Shown here in pieces: positions 20,898-32,928 of a stretch of DNA of 64,000 nt. The translations under genes and the position numbers were made by a program. Source of the DNA: an uncultured delta proteobacterium. GTDB taxonomy: Bacteria; Myxococcota; Myxococcia; Myxococcales; Myxococcaceae. The notes beneath the pieces are model-generated. The model saw nothing but the letters and a program-made list of their open reading frames with translations, did no database searches and was not told the DNA's origin. The stretch's first letter is position 1, and each line of letters starts with the position of its first letter. The DNA is taken from assembly GCA_963776345.1 (NCBI GenBank), contig CAVZMH010000017.1, positions 64,001 through 128,000 of the forward strand, written 5' to 3'.

Positions 20898-22484
20898 CTA
20901 CCGGGCAGGCGTCGTGGACTGGGGCGGAGCCTCCGTCATTCCGGGCGCCTGCGCCACGTTCTTGCCCGGGGCAGGCGGGGCCAGCGGGGTGTAGGCCTCG
21001 GCCAAGCTCAATGTCGTCTCGCCCACCTTCGGAGAGAGCCGGTCCACCAGATCGTTCAGACTGGTGCCGAGGTCGGCCTGCGCTGCCGCGGCGCGCCGGA
21101 GCTGCCGCTCGAGCTTGCCCATGTGCTCGTAGTGCTCCCGGTCCCGGGCCGCGAGTCCCTGCGCGGTCCGCAGCTCGAGGGCGAGGCCGGCGTTCGCCCG
21201 GAGCCCCTCCAGCACCCGCTCGACGAGCGCCTCGGCGTCCGGATCGAGGCTACCCCTCGGGTACGCCTTGAGGCCGAACCGACCGCCGAACCACACCCGG
21301 CCCGGCTCGCCGTATCCCTCGGCGGGGCCACCGGGGAGGTCCTCGATCACCAGGGCGGGGGTGCTGCGGACGGGGAAGCCCTGGGGCATCACCGCAAAGA
21401 CCAGCGCGCCGTCGCTCCGGGGCCGGGCCACCGCGACGGCGCCGTCGAAGGGGAAGAACGGGTCGATGGCGCCCTCGAGCCCGCTGGCCAGACGCGTCCG
21501 CGCCTTCCGGTCCAGGCTCGAGACCTCCGCGTGGTCGCGACGGGCGCTCTTCTTGAGCGTGGTCATCATGTCGCGCACCTGGTCGATGGCGACGACGACG
21601 TTCAGCGGCGAGTTGCCGGCGTAGCCCGCGTGGTACACGCCGACCAGCTCGAACTCGCCCGTGTGGCAGGACACCGCGAGCACCGGCGAGCCGGAGTTCC
21701 CGGGCGACAGCTGGGCGTCCACCACGAAGTCCACGTGGTCCCAGTCCTTCTCGTCGTCGTGGTCGTAGGTGGAGACGACCTTCCCCACGTTGGTGGCCTT
21801 GAACGCCCCGAGGGGGAAGCCGCGGACGTCGACCACGGCGCGCTCCTTGAGCTCCGCCGAGCGACCCACCTTCCAGGGGAGGATGGGCAGGAGCACGTGC
21901 GCCTTGAGCACCGCCATGTCCATCGACTTGTCGGTGACCACCCGCTGCAGCGGGATGTCGTCGCGGTCGTAGGTGTCGCGCTCGGACTCGACGATCTTCA
22001 GCGCGTCCGAGACGCGCTTGCAGCCCGGAGGCACGTCCTCGACCTTGTGCTCGTCGTCGGTCACCGGAGGCCACTCGGCCACGTGCTGGTTGGTGAGGAT
22101 GTACGTCTCGCCGTTCTGCTGGCGGTAGCCGAAGCCCGTGCCGTGGGCCAGCGCCTTCCTCCGGACGCGCCGCACGTTGCCGTCCCCGGCGTAGCTCAGG
22201 CACTCGTAGGTGGCGGTGGTGCGGATGGCGTAGACCCAGGATTGCGACTGCGGCTTCTGCTCGGCCTCGCGCGCCGCCGGGGAGAGGGCGGCAAAGTCTT
22301 CGGCGTAGGCGCCCGAGCAGTAGGCGCCCTTGCCCAAGGAGGCGCCACCCCCGGCGCCGGCCCGCACCCGGGGCGCGACGATGGCCGTCAGCCCGACGAA
22401 GGTCAGCGCCAGGCCTGCGACCGCTCCGCGCTTCATCCAGGCCACCCGCCTCCGCGCACGGTCTTCGCTGTCCTGGTGCTCCAT
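20898..22484 (-). CDS. Trypsin-like (S1) serine protease with N-terminal anchor
   Basis: Catalytic-triad motifs ILTNQHV, DMAVLK and LSPGNSGSP. Confidence 0.85.
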   Translation of the reverse strand: MEHQDSEDRARRRVAWMKRGAVAGLALTFVGLTAIVAPRVRAGAGGGASLGKGAYCSGAYAEDFAALSPAAREAEQKPQSQSWVYAIRTTATYECLSYAGDGNVRRVRRKALAHGTGFGYRQQNGETYILTNQHVAEWPPVTDDEHKVEDVPPGCKRVSDALKIVESERDTYDRDDIPLQRVVTDKSMDMAVLKAHVLLPILPWKVGRSAELKERAVVDVRGFPLGAFKATNVGKVVSTYDHDDEKDWDHVDFVVDAQLSPGNSGSPVLAVSCHTGEFELVGVYHAGYAGNSPLNVVVAIDQVRDMMTTLKKSARRDHAEVSSLDRKARTRLASGLEGAIDPFFPFDGAVAVARPRSDGALVFAVMPQGFPVRSTPALVIEDLPGGPAEGYGEPGRVWFGGRFGLKAYPRGSLDPDAEALVERVLEGLRANAGLALELRTAQGLAARDREHYEHMGKLERQLRRAAAAQADLGTSLNDLVDRLSPKVGETTLSLAEAYTPLAPPAPGKNVAQAPGMTEAPPQSTTPAR

Positions 22485-22641
22485 GGGTTCGTCCCGGTCC
22501 GGTCAGTCTAGGCCCGGCGGGAGCCCAACGCGCGCACGGCGGGCAGTGTTCCTGGCCTGTCGCAGCGCGACACGGCGCTTGACACTCCGGGACGGCTGCC
22601 GGAGCGTCCTGCGGCGCAGTCCCACCTCAGGGGAGACCCGA

Positions 22642-22917
22642 ATGAACTTCCGTACCCTCGCCATCGCCGCCGCCATCGCCCTTCCCGGAACCGCCCTCGC
22701 CGACCACAGCTACCAGGTGACCGGCGACGTGGTCTCGGCGGACGCAAGCTCCATCGTCGTCCACTCCACCAAGTACAAGGAGAACTGGGAGATCGCCCGC
22801 GGCGACGACAAGACCGAGGTCAAGAAGGGCGACAAGGTCACCATCGAGTACACGATGACCGCGAAGAAGGTCGAGCTGAAGCCGGCCTCGAGCTCGACGA
22901 AGAAGGCGAAGAAGTAG
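22642..22917 (+). CDS. Small secreted beta-rich (OB-fold-like) protein
   Basis: GGAG RBS; signal peptide ending ALA; YQVTG.V...VKKGDKVTIEY. Confidence 0.8.
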   Translation: MNFRTLAIAAAIALPGTALADHSYQVTGDVVSADASSIVVHSTKYKENWEIARGDDKTEVKKGDKVTIEYTMTAKKVELKPASSSTKKAKK

Positions 22918-22965
22918 CGCGGGGTTCGCCTCGGCGACCGCGCCCTCGAGAGGCGCGCGCGTCGG

Positions 22966-24642
<1,677 letters not shown>

Positions 24643-24819
24643 CGTGAGCGGGCGACAGTACAGCGCGGGGCGTCTCGGGCAAGCGCCGAAGTCCTTGCGG
24701 ACCCAGGTGTAGGAAAGCAGCCAGACGGGCAGCCGCCTGCCTGAGGTAAACGGAAGGGTGGTGTCGCGGGGCACATCCGACCTAGACCCGCTCCGAGGCC
24801 GCCTGCGGCGCGGCGAGCG

Positions 24820-26889
24820 ATGACGAGCGACTTCGGATACCAGCTGCTGACCAAGCTCGACGACGGGCCGTCCGGGACGGCCTGGCGTGCGCGCGCCCGC
24901 ACCAGCGGTGGTCGCGCCATGGTCCGGGTCTTCCACGGGAGCCGCTGGGGCGACGAGGACGCGCGGGGCGCCTTCCAGGAGCGGGCCGAGGCGCTGGGCC
25001 GGCTCGATCACCCTCACCTCGCACGGCAGCTCCAGGCCGGGTGCCTCGACGACGGCCGCCCCTACGTGGTGAGCGAAGACCTGGACGGCGAGGACCTGGC
25101 GGCCCATCTCCGCCAGGCCGGACCGCTTACCCCGGACGAGCTGGCGTTGCTGATCCTGCCGCTGGCTGCGGTCCTCGAGGAGCTGCGGGCAAGCGGCATC
25201 GTGGTCCAGGCGCTGCCCGCAGCGCAGGTGTTCCTGGTCGGCGGCCTGACCCGGTTCGAGCCGAAGCTGATCGGCCCGGGGCTCGGGGATGCCGGCCGCG
25301 ACTTCGACCCGCGGGGCGACGTGGTCGCGCTGGGCCGGCTGATGCGCGAGGCCTGTCCGGACCACCTCGGCTGGATGGAGGGGGTGCACGCCGGGTGCGT
25401 TCTCACCGAGGCGGAGGGCGGCTTCGCGGGCCCCGGGAAGGTGGCCCGGGCGCTGCTCGAGGCGCAGCCGAGGACCCAGCTCTTGCCCACCCACGAGGCG
25501 GATCAGCCCCCTCTGCTCCTGGTGGAGGACTCCGAGCGGGAGAAGCCGGGCGACATCCTCGGCCAGTACCGGCTCGAGCGGGTGCTGGGCGAGGGAGCGA
25601 TGGGCCGGGTGTTCCAGGCGCGGCACGTGAGCCTGGGGCGGCCGGCGGCGGTGAAGGTGCTCCGGGGCGAGCACGCCCGGAACACGCACCTCATCCAGCG
25701 CTTCTTCCACGAGGCCCGGGCGGTCAACCAGATCAACCACGCGCACATCGTGGAGATCCTCGACTTCGTCGAGGAGACCGCGGTCGCGGGCCGCTCCCGC
25801 GTCTACTGCGTGATGGAGATGCTCGAGGGCCAGAGCCTCACCGAGCTGCTCGCCAGGGAGCGGCCGAGCGTGGCGCGGGCGGTGGGCATCATCCGGCAGG
25901 TCTGCGACGCGCTCGACGCCGCGCACGAGGTGGGCGTCATCCACCGGGACGTGAAGCCGGACAACCTCTTCGTGCTCGAGCGGGACGGGCGCGACTTCGT
26001 GAAGGTGCTCGACTTCGGGGTGGCCAAGCTGGTCGCGCCGCTGGGCGACGTGCCGATGACCACCACCGTCGAGGGAACCATCGTCGGGACGCCGGCGTAC
26101 ATGGCCCCGGAGCAGGCGACGGGCGGGAACGCCGACGCCCGGACCGACCTCTACTCGGTGGGCGTGGTCCTCTACGAGCTGCTGGCCGGTCATCCGCCGT
26201 TCCAGGCGCCGGCGTTTGGTCAGCTGGTCGCGCAGGTACTTTCCTCGCTCCCGCCGCCGCTCCCGGCGCACACCCGGGACGGAGGGCGCATCCCCGCCGC
26301 GCTCGGCGCGGTGGTGAAGCGGTGCCTGGCGAAGAACCCGGACGACCGGTACCCCTCGCTCCGCGAGCTGTCGCGGGCGCTCGAGGTCGCGGCTCAGGCA
26401 CCGGTCCGCCGTGGCCCGCCGCGCTGGGCGATGGCCGCGGGGACGCTGGCCGTCGTGGCGCTGGGCACGAGCGTGGTGACGGCCCGGGCGGTGCGCCGGC
26501 CCCCGGTGACGCTGCCGGTGGTGACCGGGAAGATCGTGAGCGTCTCCGCCCCGGCGCGCGAGGCCGAGGCTGCACCGGCCGCTGCCGAGGCCGTGGCTCC
26601 AGCACCCGAGGTGCTGGTGACGCTGGTCTCCGAGCCACCGGGCGCGAAGGTCGTGGAGCTTTCGTCAGGACGTTCGCTCGGAACCACGCCGCTGAGCACC
26701 CAGCTCACCCGGTCGAGCGTTCCCAGCCGGCTCCGGCTGGAGCGGGCGGGACGGCAGCCGACCGAGGTCGAGGTCGTGCCCGACGCCGAGCTCGAGGTCC
26801 ACGTCGCGCTCCCCCGGGCGCCGCGGACCACGGGCGCCGCGGAGAAGGGCGCCCCGAAGCAGAAGCACCCCGACCCCTTCAAGCTGTAG
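24820..26889 (+). CDS. Ser/Thr protein kinase with N-terminal pseudokinase, TM helix and PEGA-like domain
   Basis: [37 protein letters not shown]...LGTTPL; ends DPFKL. Confidence 0.9.
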   Translation: MTSDFGYQLLTKLDDGPSGTAWRARARTSGGRAMVRVFHGSRWGDEDARGAFQERAEALGRLDHPHLARQLQAGCLDDGRPYVVSEDLDGEDLAAHLRQAGPLTPDELALLILPLAAVLEELRASGIVVQALPAAQVFLVGGLTRFEPKLIGPGLGDAGRDFDPRGDVVALGRLMREACPDHLGWMEGVHAGCVLTEAEGGFAGPGKVARALLEAQPRTQLLPTHEADQPPLLLVEDSEREKPGDILGQYRLERVLGEGAMGRVFQARHVSLGRPAAVKVLRGEHARNTHLIQRFFHEARAVNQINHAHIVEILDFVEETAVAGRSRVYCVMEMLEGQSLTELLARERPSVARAVGIIRQVCDALDAAHEVGVIHRDVKPDNLFVLERDGRDFVKVLDFGVAKLVAPLGDVPMTTTVEGTIVGTPAYMAPEQATGGNADARTDLYSVGVVLYELLAGHPPFQAPAFGQLVAQVLSSLPPPLPAHTRDGGRIPAALGAVVKRCLAKNPDDRYPSLRELSRALEVAAQAPVRRGPPRWAMAAGTLAVVALGTSVVTARAVRRPPVTLPVVTGKIVSVSAPAREAEAAPAAAEAVAPAPEVLVTLVSEPPGAKVVELSSGRSLGTTPLSTQLTRSSVPSRLRLERAGRQPTEVEVVPDAELEVHVALPRAPRTTGAAEKGAPKQKHPDPFKL

Positions 26890-26963
26890 GCGGGGACACG
26901 CGCGGCTCGCCGTCGAGCGCTCGGAAGAACGTCCCGCCGCAGGCCTGAGCGCCCGGATCGCCC

Positions 26964-27050
26964 TCAGTGCGCCGCCGCGGCCGCGTTCCCCTTCGGCTTC
27001 TTGAGCAGGAAGACCAGCAGGAACGAGAGCGCGAACACCCCCGTCAGCAC
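26964..27050 (-). pseudogene. Possible remnant of the 3' end of an MFS (DHA2/EmrB-like) transporter
   Basis: VLTGVFALSFLLVFLLKKPKGNAAAAAH* with coding-like codons and no upstream gene body. Confidence 0.4.
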
Positions 27051-27119
27051 GGTCGCTGGACGTCGAAGTGTCAGGGGGTTGCGCGATGTTTCGCGGCCCC
27101 GGCACCTGGCCGGGCTCGC

Positions 27120-27629
27120 ATGTCGGGACCTGTGCGCAAGCTCAATCTGACCGAACTCGAATGGCTGCCGTACGCGATCGCGCCCGGGGTCGGGGGCGAC
27201 GTTCGTGACGTGGGTCGCGCGGTGGGCACACGGAACGTGGGGCTCCGCATCCAGCGCATCCCGCCGGGCGCGCGGGCGTCGCGCCGGCACCGGCACCTGT
27301 TCCAGGAGGAGTTGCTGGTCGTCGTCCGCGGCGAGGGCACGCTGGTGCACGGCGAGGAGCGGGTGCCGGTCCACTCGGGGGACTTCGTGAGCTACCACGC
27401 GGGCGACCCCGAGGCGCACACGCTGGAGAACACGGGGACGGGCGTGCTCGAGGTCTGGGCGTTCGGCGACCGCGTGCCCCACGAGGTCTGCGTGTACCCG
27501 GACGAGTCGGTGGCCTACGTCGAGGCGCTTGGCGGCGACGTGCCGCTCTCGGACGTCCAGGCGTGGGCGACGCTGGCCGGGCGCGGCGAGGGCATCGAGC
27601 CTTCCGGCGCGGACGAGGCCGAGGACTAG
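27120..27629 (+). CDS. Cupin domain protein
   Basis: PPG..SRRHRH..EE..VV.GEG and HTLENTG. Confidence 0.85.
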   Translation: MSGPVRKLNLTELEWLPYAIAPGVGGDVRDVGRAVGTRNVGLRIQRIPPGARASRRHRHLFQEELLVVVRGEGTLVHGEERVPVHSGDFVSYHAGDPEAHTLENTGTGVLEVWAFGDRVPHEVCVYPDESVAYVEALGGDVPLSDVQAWATLAGRGEGIEPSGADEAED

Positions 27630-27693
27630 AGCGGCCGGCCCGCGCTCAGAAACGAGCGGAGAGCCGCTCGGTCCTGTTATTCCGCGCGGACCC

Positions 27694-28620
27694 GTGAGCT
27701 CCGCACCCGTCCTCGAGATCGAGCAGCTCGTCAAGCGCTACCGTGACGTCACCGCCCTGGCCGGTGTGACGCTCACCATCGGCGCAGGGGAGATCTTCGC
27801 CCTGCTCGGCCCGAACGGCGCGGGCAAGACCACGCTCATCGGCGCGGTGTGCGGGCTGGTGAAGAAGACCAGCGGGACCATCCGCCTGTTCGGGGTGGAC
27901 CTGGACGTGGATCCGCTCCGCCCGCGGTACGACGTGGGGCTGGTGCCGCAGGAGGTGAACTTCGACCCGTTCTTCACGGTGAGCGAGTCGCTGCGGATCC
28001 AGCTCGGCTACTACGCCCGCCCACCGGACGAGGCCCGCATCCGCGAGGTGCTGGAGGCGCTCAGCCTGAGCGAGAAGGCGAACGCGCAGACCCGCGCGCT
28101 CTCGGGCGGGATGAAGCGGCGGCTGCTCATCGCCAAGGCACTGGTGCACCGGCCGAAGCTGGTCTTCCTCGACGAGCCGACGGCGGGGGTGGACGTCGAG
28201 CTTCGCCGCGACCTCTGGGCCTACGTGCGGAGGCTCCGCTCCGAGGGGACGACGGTCATCCTCACCACCCACTACCTCGAGGAGGCCGAGGAGCTGGCGG
28301 ACCGGGTGGGGGTCATCGACTCGGGGCGGCTGCTGCTGGTGGAGGACAAGGCGGCGCTGCTCCGGCGTCTGGGCGAGAAGCGGGTGCTCATCACTTTCTC
28401 GGCGCCGGTGGGCGCCCTGCCCGCCGCGCTGGAGGGGAAGGCCGTCCTGGCCGAGGACCGGCGCTCGCTGGTGGTGACCGAGCGCAACGGCCTGCCGCGC
28501 GCCGGGGAGGTGCTCCAGCTCCTCTACGCCGGCGGGTTCCCGGTGGAGGAGGTGGACACCAGGGAGAGCCGGCTGGAGGACGTGTTCGTCGAGGTGCTGC
28601 GCGGCGGGGGTGGGGCGTGA
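27694..28620 (+). CDS. ABC transporter ATP-binding protein (YadG-like)
   Basis: [36 protein letters not shown]. Confidence 0.9.
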   Translation: MSSAPVLEIEQLVKRYRDVTALAGVTLTIGAGEIFALLGPNGAGKTTLIGAVCGLVKKTSGTIRLFGVDLDVDPLRPRYDVGLVPQEVNFDPFFTVSESLRIQLGYYARPPDEARIREVLEALSLSEKANAQTRALSGGMKRRLLIAKALVHRPKLVFLDEPTAGVDVELRRDLWAYVRRLRSEGTTVILTTHYLEEAEELADRVGVIDSGRLLLVEDKAALLRRLGEKRVLITFSAPVGALPAALEGKAVLAEDRRSLVVTERNGLPRAGEVLQLLYAGGFPVEEVDTRESRLEDVFVEVLRGGGGA

Positions 28621-29378
28621 ACCTCCTGGGACTGAGGACGCTGTTCTGGAAAGAGGTTCGCCGCTTCCTCCGGGTGCCGGGCCAGACGGTGCTCAGCCCG
28701 CTCATCTCCACCACGCTCTACTTCGTGGTGTTCGGGGTGAGCCTGGGCGGGCGGATGGAGGAAGCGACGGGGCAGCCGTACCTGCCGTTCATCGTTCCGG
28801 GCCTGGTGTTCCTGGGGCTGGCGAACAACGCCTTTCTGAACACCAGCTCGTCGCTGTTCATCATGAAGATCCAGGGGACCATCGTGGATCTCCTGGTCGC
28901 GCCGCTGGGTCCGGGCGAGCTGCTGCTGGGGTTCGTGGGCGGGGGCATGGTGCGCGGGCTGGCGGTGGGCCTGCTGACCTGGGCGGTGGCGCTGGTGTTC
29001 GCCGGGTTCCAGCTGGCGCACCCGCTGGTGACGCTCGGGTTCCTGCTGGGGACGGCCTACGTCTTCTCGGTGCTGGGGCTGGTCGCGGCGGTGTGGGCGG
29101 AGAAGTTCGAGCAGATCAACTTCTTTCCGACCTTCGTCATGCTCCCCCTGACCTTCCTCGGCGGCGTCTTCTACAGCATCGGGCGGCTGCCCGAGCCGTG
29201 GCGGACGGTCAGCCACTTCAACCCCATGGTCTACATGGTGGAGGGGCTGCGGTACGGGATGCTCGGCACGTCGGCGCTGCCGCCCGGAGTCGGTGGGCTC
29301 CTGCTCCTGCTGCTCGCGGTGCTGGCGACGGTCGTGACCTACGCTCTCCTGACTCGCGGGTACAAGCTCAAGCAGTAG
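28617..29378 (+). CDS. ABC-2 permease (YadH-like)
   Basis: KEVRRFLRV..QT, FIVPGL, PLTFLGGVFYS, NPMVY. Confidence 0.9.
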   Translation: MNLLGLRTLFWKEVRRFLRVPGQTVLSPLISTTLYFVVFGVSLGGRMEEATGQPYLPFIVPGLVFLGLANNAFLNTSSSLFIMKIQGTIVDLLVAPLGPGELLLGFVGGGMVRGLAVGLLTWAVALVFAGFQLAHPLVTLGFLLGTAYVFSVLGLVAAVWAEKFEQINFFPTFVMLPLTFLGGVFYSIGRLPEPWRTVSHFNPMVYMVEGLRYGMLGTSALPPGVGGLLLLLLAVLATVVTYALLTRGYKLKQ

Positions 29379-30162
29379 GCGAGGCGCGGCGGCTCCGGTC
29401 CACCTCGGCGAGGAAGCGCCGGACGATGTCGGCCACCTCCGCCGGCTCGTCCAGCTGGAGCCAGTGGCTCGAGTCGTCGACGAAGACGTTGGGCTGCTCG
29501 GGGACCGCGTCCCTCATCGCCAGTGGCCCGTCGAGGCCGCGCACGGTGACCAGCAGCAGGGGCTTGCCGAAGCGCCGGACGATGGCCGGGTCGTACGCGA
29601 GGAGCGACTCCATCGAGCCGACGTAGGTCTCGCGCGAGGTGAGCCCGAGGGTGGAGAGCACGTGCTGCCGGGTCTCGGGTCGGGCGTCCTGGAGGATCTT
29701 CTCGAACCAGGCGCGGCTCGTGCCCCGGAAGCGCTCGGTGGCCATCGAGGCGCGCCACTCGGCGATGTCGGCGGGGGGGATGGCCCGGAGGCTTCCGGAC
29801 GCATCGAGGAAGACGGCGCCGGAGAACCGGTCCGGGAAGCGGGCCACCGTCTCGGCGACCACGGCGCCGCCGTAGCTGTGCCCCACGAGGACCGGGGAGT
29901 CGAGACGGAGCGCCGAGGCGACGGCGAGGACGTCTCCGGCCATGGCGGGGAGATCGCGGCGGCCGTCCACCGGCGCGTCGGACTCGCCGTAGCCGCGCTG
30001 GTCGAAGGAGGCGACGGTCCGGTCGGTGGCGAGGAGCGGGGCGAGCGCATGCCAGTGGGTGCGGTCCGCGCCGCCGCCGTGAACGAGGAGGACGGGTGTG
30101 CCCGGTCCACTCCCAGTCGTCTCCACCCGAAGCCGTCCGGCCCCACCCGTGATCCAGTCCAT
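29368..30162 (-). CDS. Alpha/beta hydrolase
   Basis: LVHG, DQRGYGES, GHSYGG, SSHW. Confidence 0.88.
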   Translation of the reverse strand: MDWITGGAGRLRVETTGSGPGTPVLLVHGGGADRTHWHALAPLLATDRTVASFDQRGYGESDAPVDGRRDLPAMAGDVLAVASALRLDSPVLVGHSYGGAVVAETVARFPDRFSGAVFLDASGSLRAIPPADIAEWRASMATERFRGTSRAWFEKILQDARPETRQHVLSTLGLTSRETYVGSMESLLAYDPAIVRRFGKPLLLVTVRGLDGPLAMRDAVPEQPNVFVDDSSHWLQLDEPAEVADIVRRFLAEVDRSRRASPTA

Positions 30163-30237
30163 GCGGGCGGGCACGCTACGCCTGGTCCGCGGGGGCCCGC
30201 CACAGTCGCGGGGCCCGTGTTACAGGACTGCACGCCG

Positions 30238-30930
30238 ATGCTGGCTGCACGTCCACAGATCGAGCCCCGCCGCGTGCCGGGCGCTGATTCCGTCGTGGTG
30301 AGCGAGATCTATCTCTCGCTCCAGGGCGAGTCGTCGCACCAGGGGCTGCTGTGCAGCTTCGTGCGGCTCACCGGGTGTCATCTGCGCTGCCGGTGGTGCG
30401 ACTCGGAGTTCGCCTTCCGGGGCGGGACGCGGATGGGCATCGCCGAGGTGGTGGAGCGGGTGCGGGCGCTCGGCTCCCCGCGGGTCGAGGTGACCGGAGG
30501 CGAGCCGCTGCTCCAGCCGGGCGTATATCCCATGATGGAGGCGCTGCTCGACGCGGGGTTGACGGTGCTGCTCGAGACCTCGGGAGCGATCGACGTCCGC
30601 CTGGTGCCGCCGGCGGTGCACAAGATCGTCGACGTGAAGTGTCCTGGCTCTGGCGAGGCGGACCGGAACGACTGGCGGGGGCTGGAGAGCCTGACCGAGC
30701 GCGACGAGCTGAAGTTCGTGCTGGCCTCGCGAGGGGACTACGAGTGGGCGAAGGCGTGCATCCGCGAGCGGGGGCTGGACCGCGGGCCGGCGGGGCTCCT
30801 GTTCTCCACGGTGCATGGGGAGCTCGCCCCGACCGCGCTCGCGGAGTGGATCATCGCCGACCGGCTGCCGGTGCGGTTCCAGCTGCAGCAGCACAAGGTG
30901 CTCTGGGCGCTGGACACGCGCGGGGTCTGA
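30238..30930 (+). CDS. queE: 7-carboxy-7-deazaguanine synthase (radical SAM)
   Basis: EIYLSLQGE, FVRLTGCHLRCRWCD, TGGEPLLQ, QLQQHK. Confidence 0.88.
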   Translation: MLAARPQIEPRRVPGADSVVVSEIYLSLQGESSHQGLLCSFVRLTGCHLRCRWCDSEFAFRGGTRMGIAEVVERVRALGSPRVEVTGGEPLLQPGVYPMMEALLDAGLTVLLETSGAIDVRLVPPAVHKIVDVKCPGSGEADRNDWRGLESLTERDELKFVLASRGDYEWAKACIRERGLDRGPAGLLFSTVHGELAPTALAEWIIADRLPVRFQLQQHKVLWALDTRGV

Positions 30931-31072
30931 GCGGCGCGGCACCCGTGGATCTCGGGCGTGGGCCTCGGGGACGCGGCCGGCGCGGTCGGCTCTCGAGGGG
31001 ACGCCGAGGCGGGCGGGTTGTCGCGCGACCCATCCGCGGGCCACCTCACCAGAGGCCCGCCCGGGCGAGCGG

Positions 31073-31203
31073 CTCGAGCGCTCAAGATGCTATAGCAATT
31101 TCACCTACTCTCAGTGCGATCCGCATGCTCGTAAGTCATTGATTCGTCGAGCTGGTTTCACCGAGAGAGTACCCAGGTTGCTATAGCATCTCGAGCGCTG
31201 GAG
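31073..31203. mobile_element. MITE-like inverted-repeat element with central IHF consensus
   Basis: 26-bp arms at 31073-31098 and 31178-31203 with 2 mismatches; TATAGCAA...TTGCTATA; AATCAATGACTTA on the minus strand at 31132-31144; AT-rich relative to its flanks. Confidence 0.6.
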
Positions 31204-31442
31204 TGGCTCAGGAGGGCCGGCCTCCTCGGGTCTCGGTCCCTCCACTCACAAGCCTCACCGACCGGTGGTCCGTGACACCCGCCCGCCGAGCGTGGCCGCC
31301 GTGCCGCCGACCAGGGCAGACCGCGCCCAGGCTCGCGGCCTTTGAGCCCACGACAGCGCCGACGCCACGAAGCGCCGGCGCGCGTGCCTCTCGGCGTCCC
31401 GGGTCCTCGACGCGAGCTGCCCTCCCCGAGCCGCTCACCGCC

Positions 31443-32489
31443 TCACTTCTTGAGGCTCGCCACGTCGATCACGAACCGGTACTTCACGTCGCTCTTCAGC
31501 GTCCGCTCGTAGGCCTCGTTGATCTTCTGGATCGGGATGACCTCGACATCGGAGACGATGCCGTGCTTGCCGCAGTGGTCGAGCATCTCCTGCGTCTCGG
31601 GGATGCCGCCGATCAGCGATCCGGCGAGCCGCTTGTTCCCACCGATCAGCGAGAACGCCCCGATCTTCATCGGCTCGGGAGGCGCCCCGACCAGCACCAT
31701 CGCCCCGCCCGGCCGGAGGAGCGCGAGGAACGCCTGCACGTCGTGCGGCGCGCTGACCGTGTCCAGGAGGAAGTCGAGCCGCCCGGCGAGCGGCTTCAGC
31801 GCCTCGGGGTCGCGGGTGAGCACGAAGTGGCTCGCCCCCAGCCGCTGCGCATCCGCCTGCTTCGAGGCCGAGGTGCTGAACAGCGTCACCTCGGCGCCGA
31901 TCGACTTCGCCAGCTTCACCGCCATGTGGCCCAGGCCGCCGAGACCGACCACGCCCACCCGCTGTCCGGCCTTCACGCCCCACTGCCGCAGCGGCGAGTA
32001 GGTGGTGATGCCGGCACAGAGCAGCGGCGCCGCCCCGGCGGGGTCCAGGCCCGCGGGGATGCGGAGGGTGAAGCTCTCGCGGACCACCACCTGCGTGGAG
32101 TACCCGCCGTAGGTCGGCGTCTTCCGGTCCATCTCCGTGCCGTTGTAGGTGAAGGCCGGGCCCTGGGTGCAGAACTGCTCGGTCCCACGGCGGCACGGAT
32201 CGCACTTGCCGCACGAGTCGACCATGCAGCCCACCCCGGCCAGGTCCCCGACCTTGAACTTGGTGACCCCCTGCCCCACGCGGGTGACGCGCCCGATGAT
32301 CTCGTGCCCCGGCACCATCGGGAACCTCGCGCCACCCCACTCGTCGCGAGCCTGGTGGATGTCGGAGTGGCAGACGCCACAGAAGAGAATCTCCATCTGC
32401 ACGTCGCCCGGGCCGGGCTCCCGGCGGTCGACGGTGAAGGGGGCGAGCGGCGCACTCGCGGAGGGCGCGGCGTAGGCGGGCACTTTCAT
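31443..32489 (-). CDS. NAD(P)-dependent zinc alcohol dehydrogenase (cinnamyl-ADH/YahK family)
   Basis: GVCHSD, PGHEI, C..C..C...C zinc site, PLLCAGITTYSPL, GLGGLG, DVKYRFVID. Confidence 0.93.
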   Translation of the reverse strand: MKVPAYAAPSASAPLAPFTVDRREPGPGDVQMEILFCGVCHSDIHQARDEWGGARFPMVPGHEIIGRVTRVGQGVTKFKVGDLAGVGCMVDSCGKCDPCRRGTEQFCTQGPAFTYNGTEMDRKTPTYGGYSTQVVVRESFTLRIPAGLDPAGAAPLLCAGITTYSPLRQWGVKAGQRVGVVGLGGLGHMAVKLAKSIGAEVTLFSTSASKQADAQRLGASHFVLTRDPEALKPLAGRLDFLLDTVSAPHDVQAFLALLRPGGAMVLVGAPPEPMKIGAFSLIGGNKRLAGSLIGGIPETQEMLDHCGKHGIVSDVEVIPIQKINEAYERTLKSDVKYRFVIDVASLKK

Positions 32490-32618
32490 CGATTGCTCCT
32501 GGCACGAGGGAAGGTCTCGGGCCGGTCCCTCTTCTGACGGCCGACTCGCGGCGCAGCTACCTAAAGCGCTGCAAGCGCCTTGCAGGATTGCTTCAAGAAC
32601 GCTCGACGCCGGCCGGGC

Positions 32619-32891
32619 TCACCTCACCGGCGCGAGCAGCTCGGCCAGGCTGACCCGGGTGGCGTGGACGCCCAGGCACACCGCCGCCACGCCCACGCAG
32701 GCGAACCAGGCCGGGACCAGGAACGCCTTTCGCCGGTGCTCGAACTGCCCCACCGCGAACCAGGCCACGTAGGCCGGGATGAGCAGCACCATCAGCCCCG
32801 TCCCCAGGCTCCGGGCGAACGCGTGCCGGAGGATGGGGAGGGTCAGCGCCGCCGCGGCGATCGAGAAGAGTGCACCCGTCCAGGCCATCAT
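32619..32891 (-). CDS. Small hypothetical membrane protein
   Basis: Three hydrophobic segments; HAFARSLGTGLMVLLIPAY...QFEHRRK; start codon uncertain. Confidence 0.65.
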   Translation of the reverse strand: MMAWTGALFSIAAAALTLPILRHAFARSLGTGLMVLLIPAYVAWFAVGQFEHRRKAFLVPAWFACVGVAAVCLGVHATRVSLAELLAPVR

Positions 32892-32928
32892 CGTGCGAAG
32901 GTCCCCTGCCCAGGGGAGGTCTCTATAC

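Noticed and set aside
30238..30930. queE as part of a dpd 7-deazaguanine DNA-modification island
   Set aside because: No dpdA/tgt, queC, queD or folE lies nearby; an isolated queE fits ordinary queuosine synthesis.
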